Shown here: one piece after another, positions 9,258-18,166 of the stretch | How the letters are laid out: each line of letters opens with the position of its first letter | Numbering within the stretch: position 1 is the first letter of the stretch | Assembly: GCA_045634385.1 (NCBI GenBank) | Contig: JAZRAE010000049.1 | Span: 5,453-69,452, forward strand | Direction of reading: 5' to 3' | From: Eubacteriales bacterium | GTDB taxonomy: Bacteria > Bacillota > Clostridia > Oscillospirales > CAG-272 | Length of the DNA stretch: 64,000 nt | The notes under the pieces: model-generated | Databases searched by the model: none | Told to the model about the DNA's origin: nothing | Seen by the model: only the letters and a program-made list of their open reading frames with translations | Position numbers and translations under genes: made by a program

Positions 9258-11849
9258 ATGAAAAATATAGTAATGGGCATTATCGCTCATGTTGACGCGG
9301 GTAAGACGACCTTATCCGAGGCTATACTGTATATGAGCGGTGCAATAAAGCAGCTTGGCAGAGTTGACAAACGTGATGCGCACCTTGACACCTACTCTCT
9401 TGAGAGAGAACGCGGTATCACGATATTTTCAAAGCAAACCGTATTTGACTTTGGTGAAACGCACGTATCTTTAATCGATACTCCGGGTCACGTTGACTTT
9501 TCCTGTGAGACAGAAAGATCGCTTTCCGTACAAGACTACTGTGTGCTTGTCATCAGCGCAACGGACGGTATAAAGCCACACACAAAAACCCTTTGGCATC
9601 TTTTAGCCGCAAGACGAATACCCACATTTATCTTCGTCAATAAAACAGATATTTCCGACAGAACCAAGGACGAGCTTTTTGATGAGTTACGCACTGTTCT
9701 ATCGGAGAAGTGTGTAAACTTCACACGTGTAGGAACATACGAATTTTACGACGAACTCGCAGGGAAAGATGAATCACTAATTGAAGAATTCCTTGATACA
9801 GAGATGCTCTCGGACGAAAGCATTAAAGAGGCGATACGACAAAGAATGATATTCCCCTGTTTCTTCGGGTCTGCCCTAAAGCTCAAAGGAGTTGAAGAAT
9901 TACTGATGGGAATTGATCGTTTCACGCGTGAAACCCCCTACCCCGTGTCACTTTTTGGAGCTAAAGCATATAAGATTATGCGAGATCAGAACGGAAGAAG
10001 AATGACACTCGCCAAGATAACGGGCGGAACACTTTATCCGAAATCGATGATAGAATACCGTACCAAAAGCGGAGACATAGTAAGCGAAAAGGTAGAGGAA
10101 ATCCGCCTTTTGACTCATGATAAATCAAGGCCTCTGAAAGAGGCTGAACGCGGTACTCTCTGTGCCATCATAGGACCTACGGAAACTGCGGCAGGCACAG
10201 GAATCGGAATCGAGGCAAACGATGTTTCTATGCTCTCACCCGTACTTGATTACAGAATGATACTGCCAAAGGATGTGAGTCCGTATGATGCGTATTTAAG
10301 ACTCACATCTCTCGCGGAAGAAGACCCGTCACTTGGTATAAGCTGGGTATCGGGTGCTAAAGAAATTCGTGTCAGTCTTATGGGCGAAATACAGCTTGAG
10401 GTACTGAAAAGAATCATATCAGAGCGTTTCGGTATGGCTGTAGAATTTGATGAAGGAAGTATTCTTTACAGAGAAACCGTGGAAAACGAAGTTATAGGCT
10501 CGGGACACTTTGAACCGTTGAGGCACTACGCCGAGGTTCATGTCAGAATAGAGCCTCTGCCGGAGGGGTCAGGTATCATATCCGAGAGCGATTGCTCAAG
10601 CGATCTTCTTTCGTCCAATTGGCAAAGACTTATACTCACGCATATAGACGAGCGAGTACATCGTGGAGTGCTTACCGGTGCACCTTTAACCAATGTGAAA
10701 ATCACGCTTATAGCAGGAAAAGCGCACCTAAAGCACACAGAAGGAGGCGACTTCCGTCAGGCAACCTATCGCGCGATCAGACAAGGTCTTATGAAGGCGA
10801 GATCCGTGATACTTGAGCCCACATTTGATTTTCGAATCGAAGTGCCCACAGATTATCTCGGCAGAGTAATGACGGACGTTACAAATATGCACGGTACGTC
10901 AAAAGCGCCCGAAATATACGAGAACTATTCCATACTCGAAGGAAACTGTCCCGTAGCAACAATGCGTTCCTATGCGAGCGAGCTTCGTGCTTTTACACGC
11001 GGTGAAGGAAAAATAACAATGAACGTCGGAGCGTATGCACCTGCACATAATCAAGATGAGATAATTTCCAATCGGGCATACGATCCCCTACTTGATGAAC
11101 GAAACCCCGCAAGCTCTGTATTCTGTAAGGCAGGAGCGGGTTATGCAGTGCCCTGGGATGAAGCAGATGCAATGATGCACATCAGAATGGATGGCGGTAC
11201 AAATGAAAGTCCAAGCGATAACGAAGACGTGCCCGTTAGAGCGCGTGCCATCAAATACGGCGGCACTGTGGAAGAAGACAAGGAGTTAATGCGAATCTTT
11301 GAGGCAACCTACGGTAAAATCAAACCGAGAAAGGTTGTCGAAAGACAGGAAAATAAAGCTCCGGAGCAAGTTAGAAAACAAAAGAGTAAGCCGTATAAGA
11401 ATCTCAGCGAGCATCTCATCCTCGACGGATATAATGTCATCTTTGCTTGGGATGAATTACATTCCGCAGCAGAAAACGATCTTTCCTTAGCAAGAGATAT
11501 TCTGACAAGGATACTCTGCAGCTACACCGCTTTTCGCAAATGTCACGCAACAATCGTCTTTGACGCGTACAAAAGACGGGGTGGAGAAGGCAGCGAGGAG
11601 CAATGCGGAAACGTAAAAGTAGTCTTTACCAAAGAGGCGGAGACAGCAGATGCTTACATCGAAAAGATAAGCAAAACTCTTGTTGAAAACTACACGGTAA
11701 GAGTGGTTACATCCGACCTTGAGGAACAGTACGTAATACTCGGTAACGGAGCTTTGCGAGTCAGCGCCAAGGAATTTCGACGCGAGATCGAAAACACAAC
11801 AAGCGAAATAAATGAAACGATAGAAAAAATGAAATATAAATCAAAATAG
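9258..11849 (+). CDS. TetM/EF-G-like translational GTPase fused to a C-terminal YacP/Rae1-like NYN ribonuclease domain
   Basis: Start set at MKNIVMGIIAHVDAGKTT, preceded by GGAGG. G motifs are AHVDAGKTT, DTPGH and NKTD. Domain V reads LEPTFDFRIEVPTDYLG. A charged linker follows, then LILDGYNV..TIVFDAY..ETADAYIE..VVTSDLEEQ (NYN), at about nt 11409..11800. Confidence 0.85.
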   Translation: MKNIVMGIIAHVDAGKTTLSEAILYMSGAIKQLGRVDKRDAHLDTYSLERERGITIFSKQTVFDFGETHVSLIDTPGHVDFSCETERSLSVQDYCVLVISATDGIKPHTKTLWHLLAARRIPTFIFVNKTDISDRTKDELFDELRTVLSEKCVNFTRVGTYEFYDELAGKDESLIEEFLDTEMLSDESIKEAIRQRMIFPCFFGSALKLKGVEELLMGIDRFTRETPYPVSLFGAKAYKIMRDQNGRRMTLAKITGGTLYPKSMIEYRTKSGDIVSEKVEEIRLLTHDKSRPLKEAERGTLCAIIGPTETAAGTGIGIEANDVSMLSPVLDYRMILPKDVSPYDAYLRLTSLAEEDPSLGISWVSGAKEIRVSLMGEIQLEVLKRIISERFGMAVEFDEGSILYRETVENEVIGSGHFEPLRHYAEVHVRIEPLPEGSGIISESDCSSDLLSSNWQRLILTHIDERVHRGVLTGAPLTNVKITLIAGKAHLKHTEGGDFRQATYRAIRQGLMKARSVILEPTFDFRIEVPTDYLGRVMTDVTNMHGTSKAPEIYENYSILEGNCPVATMRSYASELRAFTRGEGKITMNVGAYAPAHNQDEIISNRAYDPLLDERNPASSVFCKAGAGYAVPWDEADAMMHIRMDGGTNESPSDNEDVPVRARAIKYGGTVEEDKELMRIFEATYGKIKPRKVVERQENKAPEQVRKQKSKPYKNLSEHLILDGYNVIFAWDELHSAAENDLSLARDILTRILCSYTAFRKCHATIVFDAYKRRGGEGSEEQCGNVKVVFTKEAETADAYIEKISKTLVENYTVRVVTSDLEEQYVILGNGALRVSAKEFRREIENTTSEINETIEKMKYKSK

Positions 11850-11881
11850 CAAATAAAATCCATACATTTTATTTACAACAG

Positions 11882-11917
11882 AAAAACGGAGCAAGACTTT
11901 GACTTGCTCCGTTTTTT
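11882..11917. terminator. bidirectional terminator between the GTPase-NYN gene and the GNAT gene
   Basis: AACGGAGCAAG-loop-CTTGCTCCGTT, flanked by an A-run and a T-run. Confidence 0.8.
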
Positions 11918-11933
11918 GTTGTATAGCTATTTT

Positions 11934-12917
11934 TTAAAGCGATAATGCAAACTGTACTTTACTTTTTGTACGTTTTATCTCTTTCATGTATTTAGACGTC
12001 ATCTTAATTGAATTTTCATTTTCCGCCAATACCTCTGCACGAACTTCTTTTAGTCCTATCATTCGTGCATATTCAATAATAGCACGCAGTGCGCGTGAAC
12101 CTAACCCACGTGAGTGACAGTCCGGCAAAATTCTCACCGCCACAGATGCACATCCGCGATAATCAAAATCATAAACTGTAGCCTCACCAACGAACTCCCC
12201 CTTCTCACGAACGGCAAGGGCAATCGCAATACCGTCGGACATCTCTCGCCTTGCAACATCAAGATAAAAGTCAGCATTGCCCGACGGATTATCAGCATCC
12301 GCGTCATAACCCCAATATTTATTAAGATTACGGTTGCGGCACAGTTCTCCGTATCTCTCTTTGTCAAAATCGCACAGTTCATCAAGCATAATACCGTCAA
12401 GCTCAAGTGTAGGTATCTCGTCAAGCATGTCACATTCGTTGTTTACTTTCACATAGAATGAGTCATCGTCATCCTCGTAAGTAAAAGCATCAATATGTGG
12501 GAATACCGAGCATAAAAACTCAATTTCATCACGCGGAACGTCTGTAATTATCAAAGGAATAAGCTCCCGCCTTGCATATGAAGCGAGATTAAGACACGCC
12601 TCTTCAGCATTTGAGTCTTCGTCAAGCATAAACGGAAGCGGGAAGACGTATCTTTCTCCGTCATAGATTCTTGCGTACAAGACCTTATCGAGATAGAAAA
12701 AGGCTGCCGATGTCTCATCGGTCATAGATTCCGAAATTTCAAAAACAATCTCAATCACATCATCTGCAAAGTCACGATTTACCGAAAGACGGCTTATTAT
12801 TTCTTCTTTGAAATCATATTCTTGACTTTCTCTGTGACCTTCGCAAAAGAGTTCTTTATTCTCCTGCACAGCCATATTACACAGCTCTTGCACTTCTCGA
12901 AAATGGATCTCAGCCAC
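11934..12917 (-). CDS. GNAT family N-acetyltransferase with an N-terminal domain of unknown function
   Basis: The C-terminal GNAT core is ATVYDFDYRGCASVAVRILPDCHSRGLGSRALRAIIEYAR. The GTG start at 12917 is preceded by AGGAGG at 9-nt spacing. The start is uncertain because it lies inside the upstream kinase ORF. Confidence 0.7.
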   Translation of the reverse strand: MAEIHFREVQELCNMAVQENKELFCEGHRESQEYDFKEEIISRLSVNRDFADDVIEIVFEISESMTDETSAAFFYLDKVLYARIYDGERYVFPLPFMLDEDSNAEEACLNLASYARRELIPLIITDVPRDEIEFLCSVFPHIDAFTYEDDDDSFYVKVNNECDMLDEIPTLELDGIMLDELCDFDKERYGELCRNRNLNKYWGYDADADNPSGNADFYLDVARREMSDGIAIALAVREKGEFVGEATVYDFDYRGCASVAVRILPDCHSRGLGSRALRAIIEYARMIGLKEVRAEVLAENENSIKMTSKYMKEIKRTKSKVQFALSL

Positions 12918-14548
12918 TCGCCAAATCCTCCTTCTTCCTCAATCACATCATCCTTATAAACAATATTCGGTATAATAGGAATATACATCGAAGAGGTGAA
13001 GACGCCATCATCTTCTTGAGATGAAAATCTAATATCCATAGCGTTTGCAAGTTTCATACACGAACGAAGACCTATTCCGTTCTTCTGCGCCAAATCCGCG
13101 TTATTTCCAACATAATTGCAAACTTTTATTGTCATTTCATCGGTTTCAGAGCCCACAAACACCGTGACAGTTTTTTCCTTGTCTGCGTACTTCATTATAT
13201 TTGAGAATATATTTTCCACAATTCTCATAAGCTGCGGAGGATCAGTAACAACAATAACATTACAGAGGAATTCATTACTCTGCTCTTCGAAGTTAAACTC
13301 AATATTGTACCCCTGCTCGCGAAGAAGAAAGACGTGTCCGGAAAGCATCTGATCTACAAGAGTACGTGCATCGCACTCTTGAACCTCAACCTCAACACCG
13401 CCGCCGTAAACGAGAAAATAGCCAAACATATCATCAGACATTTTTTTAAGCCTTAATGCAGTCCTCTCGGATATTTCGATATACTGCTGCATATCCTCAT
13501 CCGTTGCATTAAGCTTCATAATATCAAGATAACCGAGTAACACCGTTAGAGGGGTTCTTATATCATGAGACATTGCGGTAATCAGCTCCCTATTAGCATC
13601 AAGAGCTGCTCTTTCCTTCTCAATATTCTCAAGCATTGAGGTTCTCATATATTCTACGTCTGTACATAGTCTTGTAATCTCGTCCTCTCCGTGAGCCGTA
13701 ATTGCCCTATTAATTTCACCGTCTGCTATAGCAGTAACTTCCCTGCCAAGTTGAGTAATTCTTCTCGTTATATCGAAGAAGTACAGCCACATAACAAGTA
13801 TAAATATCAAAACTGCGAGGACGCTGGAAATAATGTTGAAAATATCATAGTAAAAATACTCTGTATAATCAACCATCGAAACGAGTAGCACTCCGTCTGA
13901 TGCTACGATAGGATGCGAACCGTTTGCAACAGCCTCGGCAATAAGTTCATCTCTTGTAGGCGTCTTTACGATAATACCGGAACTTGTGAACTTATTATCG
14001 TCCTTTCCGGATGAGTTGCCCGTTTTATCAGTACTATTTTCGCCTGTGTTCTCTGCATCCGCTCCATCAGAGCCGGGCGTTGAGTCTGCGCCGGTAGATT
14101 CTCCACCGCCAACTTCAGAACCGCTCTCGCTATTTTCTACCGAATTATCCGGCACATCATCTGCATTTTCTTTGTTTTCTCCCATTTCCGGGGTATTATT
14201 CTCCTCTTGTCCGGATTCAAACAGTAAGTCGTCACCCTTATAGACAAGAACGTACAGATATTTATTTTTCTTAGCCCACTCGGCTATTTTTTGAGTATCA
14301 TCGCAACTTAGACCAAGCTCGGTTACATAGTTCTGCAGATCGTCTTTATACTCATTTACTCTTTCTTCCTTCTTCTCTTCCGACAAGTACTTTAGCTCTA
14401 TATACTTGTTAAAAGCAAAGTTGGCACAAAAGAATATAATCAACGCAAGAGCGAGTGCAAAAAGCATCACGATCAACATTGTCATCCTAAGCGAAGTATA
14501 TTCCTTTGTCGAGCGTTCTTCATTATGCTTGATCTTTTCTCTAATCAA
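12797..14548 (-). CDS. sensor histidine kinase (HisKA/HATPase_c)
   Basis: H-box AMSHDIRTPLTVLLGY, N-box FSNIMKY and G-box GIGLRSC, with two TM segments flanking a sensor domain. I prefer a TTG start at 14548 (RBS GGGGAAAGGGA, 8-nt overlap with the regulator stop). The longest ORF starts at 14608. Confidence 0.8.
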   Translation of the reverse strand: MIREKIKHNEERSTKEYTSLRMTMLIVMLFALALALIIFFCANFAFNKYIELKYLSEEKKEERVNEYKDDLQNYVTELGLSCDDTQKIAEWAKKNKYLYVLVYKGDDLLFESGQEENNTPEMGENKENADDVPDNSVENSESGSEVGGGESTGADSTPGSDGADAENTGENSTDKTGNSSGKDDNKFTSSGIIVKTPTRDELIAEAVANGSHPIVASDGVLLVSMVDYTEYFYYDIFNIISSVLAVLIFILVMWLYFFDITRRITQLGREVTAIADGEINRAITAHGEDEITRLCTDVEYMRTSMLENIEKERAALDANRELITAMSHDIRTPLTVLLGYLDIMKLNATDEDMQQYIEISERTALRLKKMSDDMFGYFLVYGGGVEVEVQECDARTLVDQMLSGHVFLLREQGYNIEFNFEEQSNEFLCNVIVVTDPPQLMRIVENIFSNIMKYADKEKTVTVFVGSETDEMTIKVCNYVGNNADLAQKNGIGLRSCMKLANAMDIRFSSQEDDGVFTSSMYIPIIPNIVYKDDVIEEEGGFGEWLRSIFEKCKSCVIWLCRRIKNSFAKVTEKVKNMISKKK

Positions 14549-15233
14549 TTTGATATCCCTTTCCCCACACGGTCCTGATAACCTTCTGTCCACTCGCACT
14601 ATCCTCAAGCTTTCTTCTGAGGTTCAATATATGAACGGTTACATTATTACCGGATGAAGCAAGAGGTATCTCGCCCCATACCGCACGATAAAGCTCATCA
14701 GAGCTAACGACACGTCCGCGGTTCTTAACAAGGTAGATAAGCACATCAACCTCTTTATCTCTCATATCAATTCTGACACCGTTCTTTGAAACCTCGCGAG
14801 TGTCAACGTTAACCGTTACCCCCGCATTAAGTCTTTCACCCTCAACAACGTCATCGGCCTTTACACCATATGAATTATAGCGTCTTGTAAGAGCCTCAAC
14901 CTTCATAAGCAATTCACCTGAAGAGAAAGGCTTTATAACGTAGTCATCTCCGCCGCTCGCATATGCAGCCGCCTTGTCACGGGACATAGACTTTGCCGTC
15001 AGGAAGAGCACGGGCACAGGTGAGAAGCCGCGAATGACCGCAGTTGCTTCAATTCCCGACATATGAGGCATCATAACGTCCATAATGCAAAGATCAATGC
15101 TTCTGTCATTTCTTATACATTCGATAGCAGCAAGCCCATCGTGAGCCTCAATAACCTCATATTTAGCCTTTTCAAGAAGGATACGCAAAATTCTTCTTAT
15201 ATCCGCCTCATCATCAACAATTAATATACGCAT
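14541..15233 (-). CDS. OmpR-family response regulator
   Basis: MRILIVDDEADIRR..DLCIMDVMMP receiver domain plus a winged-helix C-terminus ending ..IRTVWGKGYQID. RBS is GGAGGG. Confidence 0.9.
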   Translation of the reverse strand: MRILIVDDEADIRRILRILLEKAKYEVIEAHDGLAAIECIRNDRSIDLCIMDVMMPHMSGIEATAVIRGFSPVPVLFLTAKSMSRDKAAAYASGGDDYVIKPFSSGELLMKVEALTRRYNSYGVKADDVVEGERLNAGVTVNVDTREVSKNGVRIDMRDKEVDVLIYLVKNRGRVVSSDELYRAVWGEIPLASSGNNVTVHILNLRRKLEDSASGQKVIRTVWGKGYQID

Positions 15234-15330
15234 GTTCCCTCCAAAATTCGTATTTTCTTTAGTATAACACAATCGCGCTCGCATTGCAACTTATGTTTTG
15301 TAAATTTAAGTCAAAAATATTTTTATTTAA

Positions 15331-15378
15331 AACAAAAGCACTTATGACAGACTTTTTTCGCGCCATCATAAGTGCTTT
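15331..15378 (-). terminator. terminator after nagA
   Basis: 13-bp stem AAAGCACTTATGA/TCATAAGTGCTTT, followed by TTTTGTTTT on the minus strand. Confidence 0.7.
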
Positions 15379-15410
15379 GTATTTTTATATTTTGTAGGTA
15401 CTACAGTTTT

Positions 15411-16556
15411 TTATATTCGTCTTATACCACCAACGAACACCTCTTCAACATTAACATCAGCATCGAATACTACGATATCTGCATCGTTACCGGGTAAAAT
15501 ATCTCCTTTGCCTGCAAGTCCCATTACTCTTGCAGGATTTACTGTAAGAAGCCTGATCGCCTCCGCAATCGGAATATTCGCCTCCTTGGTCAAAACACGC
15601 AACAAAACATCCGCGGTAGCTATACTCCCTGCAAAAGCTGTGCGGTCAAGCAACTTGCATACTCCGTCCTCAATAATAAAATCTGTCGAAGACATTCTTC
15701 CTGTTTTAACATCAGTACCCGCAAGCGAGAGGCTATCGGTTACAGCCACCACTCCGTCCGTCCCCTTTATTTTGTATATCATACGGATCAGCTCGGGAGG
15801 AAGATGCTTGCCGTCAGCGATGATCTCGGCTGTAATTCCATCCTCAAGGAAGGTGCTTTCTATAACACCGAGCGAACGGAAGCCTTCCTTTCTCGTCACA
15901 GTAGACGTACAGGAATAAAGATGTGTCACAAGTCTGCAACCCGCATCATATGCGAGCTTTATATCGTCATAGGTCGCGTTGGTGTGACCGGCAGAGGTTA
16001 CAACACCAACCCCGTTCATATATCTTGCAAACTCTGCACCTTCGTCGTTTTCGGGTGCATAAGTCCAACGTGCAATCACACCGGGATAGTCATTAATAAT
16101 AGAAATATAGTCGTTTTTAATGGGAAAAGTGATACACGCCCCTGCCTGTGCGCCCGTTTGAGCAAGTGAAAGATATGGTCCTTCAAGATGCACACCGATG
16201 ATATTCGCCTTAACTCTTTCATCCTTCATAGCCACTTTCACATTGGCAACCGAGCGACGCATATCTTCTATCGGTGCGGCGGATATAGTAGGACAAATCG
16301 AGGTTGTTCCGTGACTTAGATGGAAGTTAACGCCGCCGACGATATCATCAAGCTCCCCCTCAAAAGGATAGCCTCCGCCGCCGTGTGTATGTAAGTCAAT
16401 AAAGCCTGCACTGACATAGCGATCTCCTACGTCAAGCTCCTCAATAAACGGAAGCTCATTTGAACTCACCGTCACAATTTTACCGTCCTCATAATAGACG
16501 TATCCGGATATAATTTTACCGTCCGTGATAATATTATTACTCTTAATTCTTTTCAT
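15411..16556 (-). CDS. nagA: N-acetylglucosamine-6-phosphate deacetylase
   Basis: GFIDLHTHGGGG, HLEGP and TDS motifs, 381 aa, immediately downstream of nagB. Confidence 0.9.
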   Translation of the reverse strand: MKRIKSNNIITDGKIISGYVYYEDGKIVTVSSNELPFIEELDVGDRYVSAGFIDLHTHGGGGYPFEGELDDIVGGVNFHLSHGTTSICPTISAAPIEDMRRSVANVKVAMKDERVKANIIGVHLEGPYLSLAQTGAQAGACITFPIKNDYISIINDYPGVIARWTYAPENDEGAEFARYMNGVGVVTSAGHTNATYDDIKLAYDAGCRLVTHLYSCTSTVTRKEGFRSLGVIESTFLEDGITAEIIADGKHLPPELIRMIYKIKGTDGVVAVTDSLSLAGTDVKTGRMSSTDFIIEDGVCKLLDRTAFAGSIATADVLLRVLTKEANIPIAEAIRLLTVNPARVMGLAGKGDILPGNDADIVVFDADVNVEEVFVGGIRRI

Positions 16557-16559
16557 ATA

Positions 16560-17318
16560 TCAAAGCATCGACGCACTGTCGGGGTCAAGGTATAATGTTG
16601 CATTTTTATGTGTACGAAGAACGCTCGCAGGGCATCTATCTGTTACCTCACCGTTAATAGTTTCGTATACCGCCTTTGCCTTTGTTTTTGCAGGAACTAT
16701 ACAGTAAAGCTCCTTGCCCGACATAAGCGCGGGAACAGTTAGGGTAAGCGCGTGAGTTGGTACGTCGTCAATCTTAGCAAAGCAACCGTCGTTTACCTGC
16801 TGATTTCTGCAAACCTCGTCAAGCTTAACCGTCTTCACAAGCTTATCATCATTGAAATCTGCAAAGGGCGGATCGTTGAAGGCGATATGTCCGTTCTCGC
16901 CAATACCGAGAACCACAATATCCATAGGGTTCTTTTGAAGAAGCTCTGAGTATCTTCGGCACTCCTCATCGGCATCCGGAGCATCAATTCTTATGTAGTT
17001 AACGCTCTTAAAGGGGGCTATGCCGAAGATATGCTCACAAAGAAAATTGCCGAACCCCTGCGGTGCATCCTTATCAAGTCCTATATACTCATCCATATGG
17101 AATGCGTTTACACGCCCCCATGGTATTTCTCCGTCACTCGCCAAATTGGCAAGCACCTCGTTCTGTGAAGGGGCTGCGGCAAAGATCATATTTATACTCT
17201 CTTTTTCGGAAAGAGCACGAAGGATCGCCGCCTTAACGTCAGCTGCGGCAGCCGCCCCCATCTCATCTCTGGACGAGTAAACATTTACTTTGAGTAAATC
17301 CTTATTGAAGGTTTTCAT
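16560..17318 (-). CDS. nagB: glucosamine-6-phosphate deaminase
   Basis: NAFHMDEYIGL and LGIGENGHIAFNDP motifs, 252 aa. Confidence 0.9.
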   Translation of the reverse strand: MKTFNKDLLKVNVYSSRDEMGAAAAADVKAAILRALSEKESINMIFAAAPSQNEVLANLASDGEIPWGRVNAFHMDEYIGLDKDAPQGFGNFLCEHIFGIAPFKSVNYIRIDAPDADEECRRYSELLQKNPMDIVVLGIGENGHIAFNDPPFADFNDDKLVKTVKLDEVCRNQQVNDGCFAKIDDVPTHALTLTVPALMSGKELYCIVPAKTKAKAVYETINGEVTDRCPASVLRTHKNATLYLDPDSASML

Positions 17319-18163
17319 TGTGGTAAAAGCTCCTTTAATTTTATTACCGCATCGGTAAAAGCTTCCTTTTCGCTATTGTACTTGTAGGGGTTGTCAAACC
17401 TTCTGCCAACCAAGGTGTTAAGCCCTGAGAAAAGTTGCAGATGAGGTTCTATCGAAATAAAGAAGTTCTCCCCGGAATACATTGTGTGATCGGCAAGTAT
17501 CTGTTTTATATTTGCCTCACCCTTTCCGGGCGGAACAATAGCACCTGCCGCCAGTGAATCCTTAATATGAAAATATGCAATGCCGTCCTTTAAAAGCTCA
17601 TATGCCTTGGGATATGGCTTAACGCCTTCAAGCACATAGTTGCCCATATCAAACACGATCTTTATTTCACCGCCGAAGAAATCATATATTTCGCGGCAAC
17701 GGGTGGGAATATCTCCGTATATTCTTGCCTCATTTTCATGGCAAAGCACCACCCCGTGTGACTTTGCGAGGTTATTTAACTTTGCAAGCTCTTCAAAAAC
17801 ACGCTCCTTGCAGTCAACAATATTCTTCCCCTCGGGAGCGTAAAAGCTGAACATTCTGACATATTTCGTGCCAAGCTCATTTGCTGTTTCAAGAACACGT
17901 TTCGTCATATCAAGATGAGCGTCAAGATCATCATCAAGCTTCACCTTTCCAACAGGTGAGCCAATAGCTGATACCCCGATGCCATAACAATCAAGCTTAC
18001 TCTTTATCTCCTTAACCTCACTCGGAGTAAGGACAGAAATATTCTTGCCGTCCACTCCGCGCACCTCTATGTAATCAATACCAAAACCGCGCATTCCCTC
18101 AAGCTGCTCGGTGAAGTCAGCCGAATATTCGTCGGCAAATGCAGATAAAATTATTTTCGCCAT
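17315..18163 (-). CDS. xylose-isomerase-like TIM-barrel protein (sugar phosphate isomerase/epimerase family)
   Basis: 282 aa with a YIEVRG...VRMFSF...CHENE...DMGN pattern typical of the AP_endonuc_2 TIM barrel. ATGA overlap with nagB. Confidence 0.8.
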   Translation of the reverse strand: MAKIILSAFADEYSADFTEQLEGMRGFGIDYIEVRGVDGKNISVLTPSEVKEIKSKLDCYGIGVSAIGSPVGKVKLDDDLDAHLDMTKRVLETANELGTKYVRMFSFYAPEGKNIVDCKERVFEELAKLNNLAKSHGVVLCHENEARIYGDIPTRCREIYDFFGGEIKIVFDMGNYVLEGVKPYPKAYELLKDGIAYFHIKDSLAAGAIVPPGKGEANIKQILADHTMYSGENFFISIEPHLQLFSGLNTLVGRRFDNPYKYNSEKEAFTDAVIKLKELLPQ

Positions 18164-18166
18164 CTT

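Noticed and set aside
9258-11200. Calling the GTPase a tetracycline-resistance ribosomal protection protein (TetM/TetO).
   Set aside because: Similarity by eye to the TetM G domain is real. However, many non-resistance paralogues exist, there is no mobile-element context, and the fused NYN domain indicates a different role. A resistance call would be unsupported without phylogeny or MIC data.
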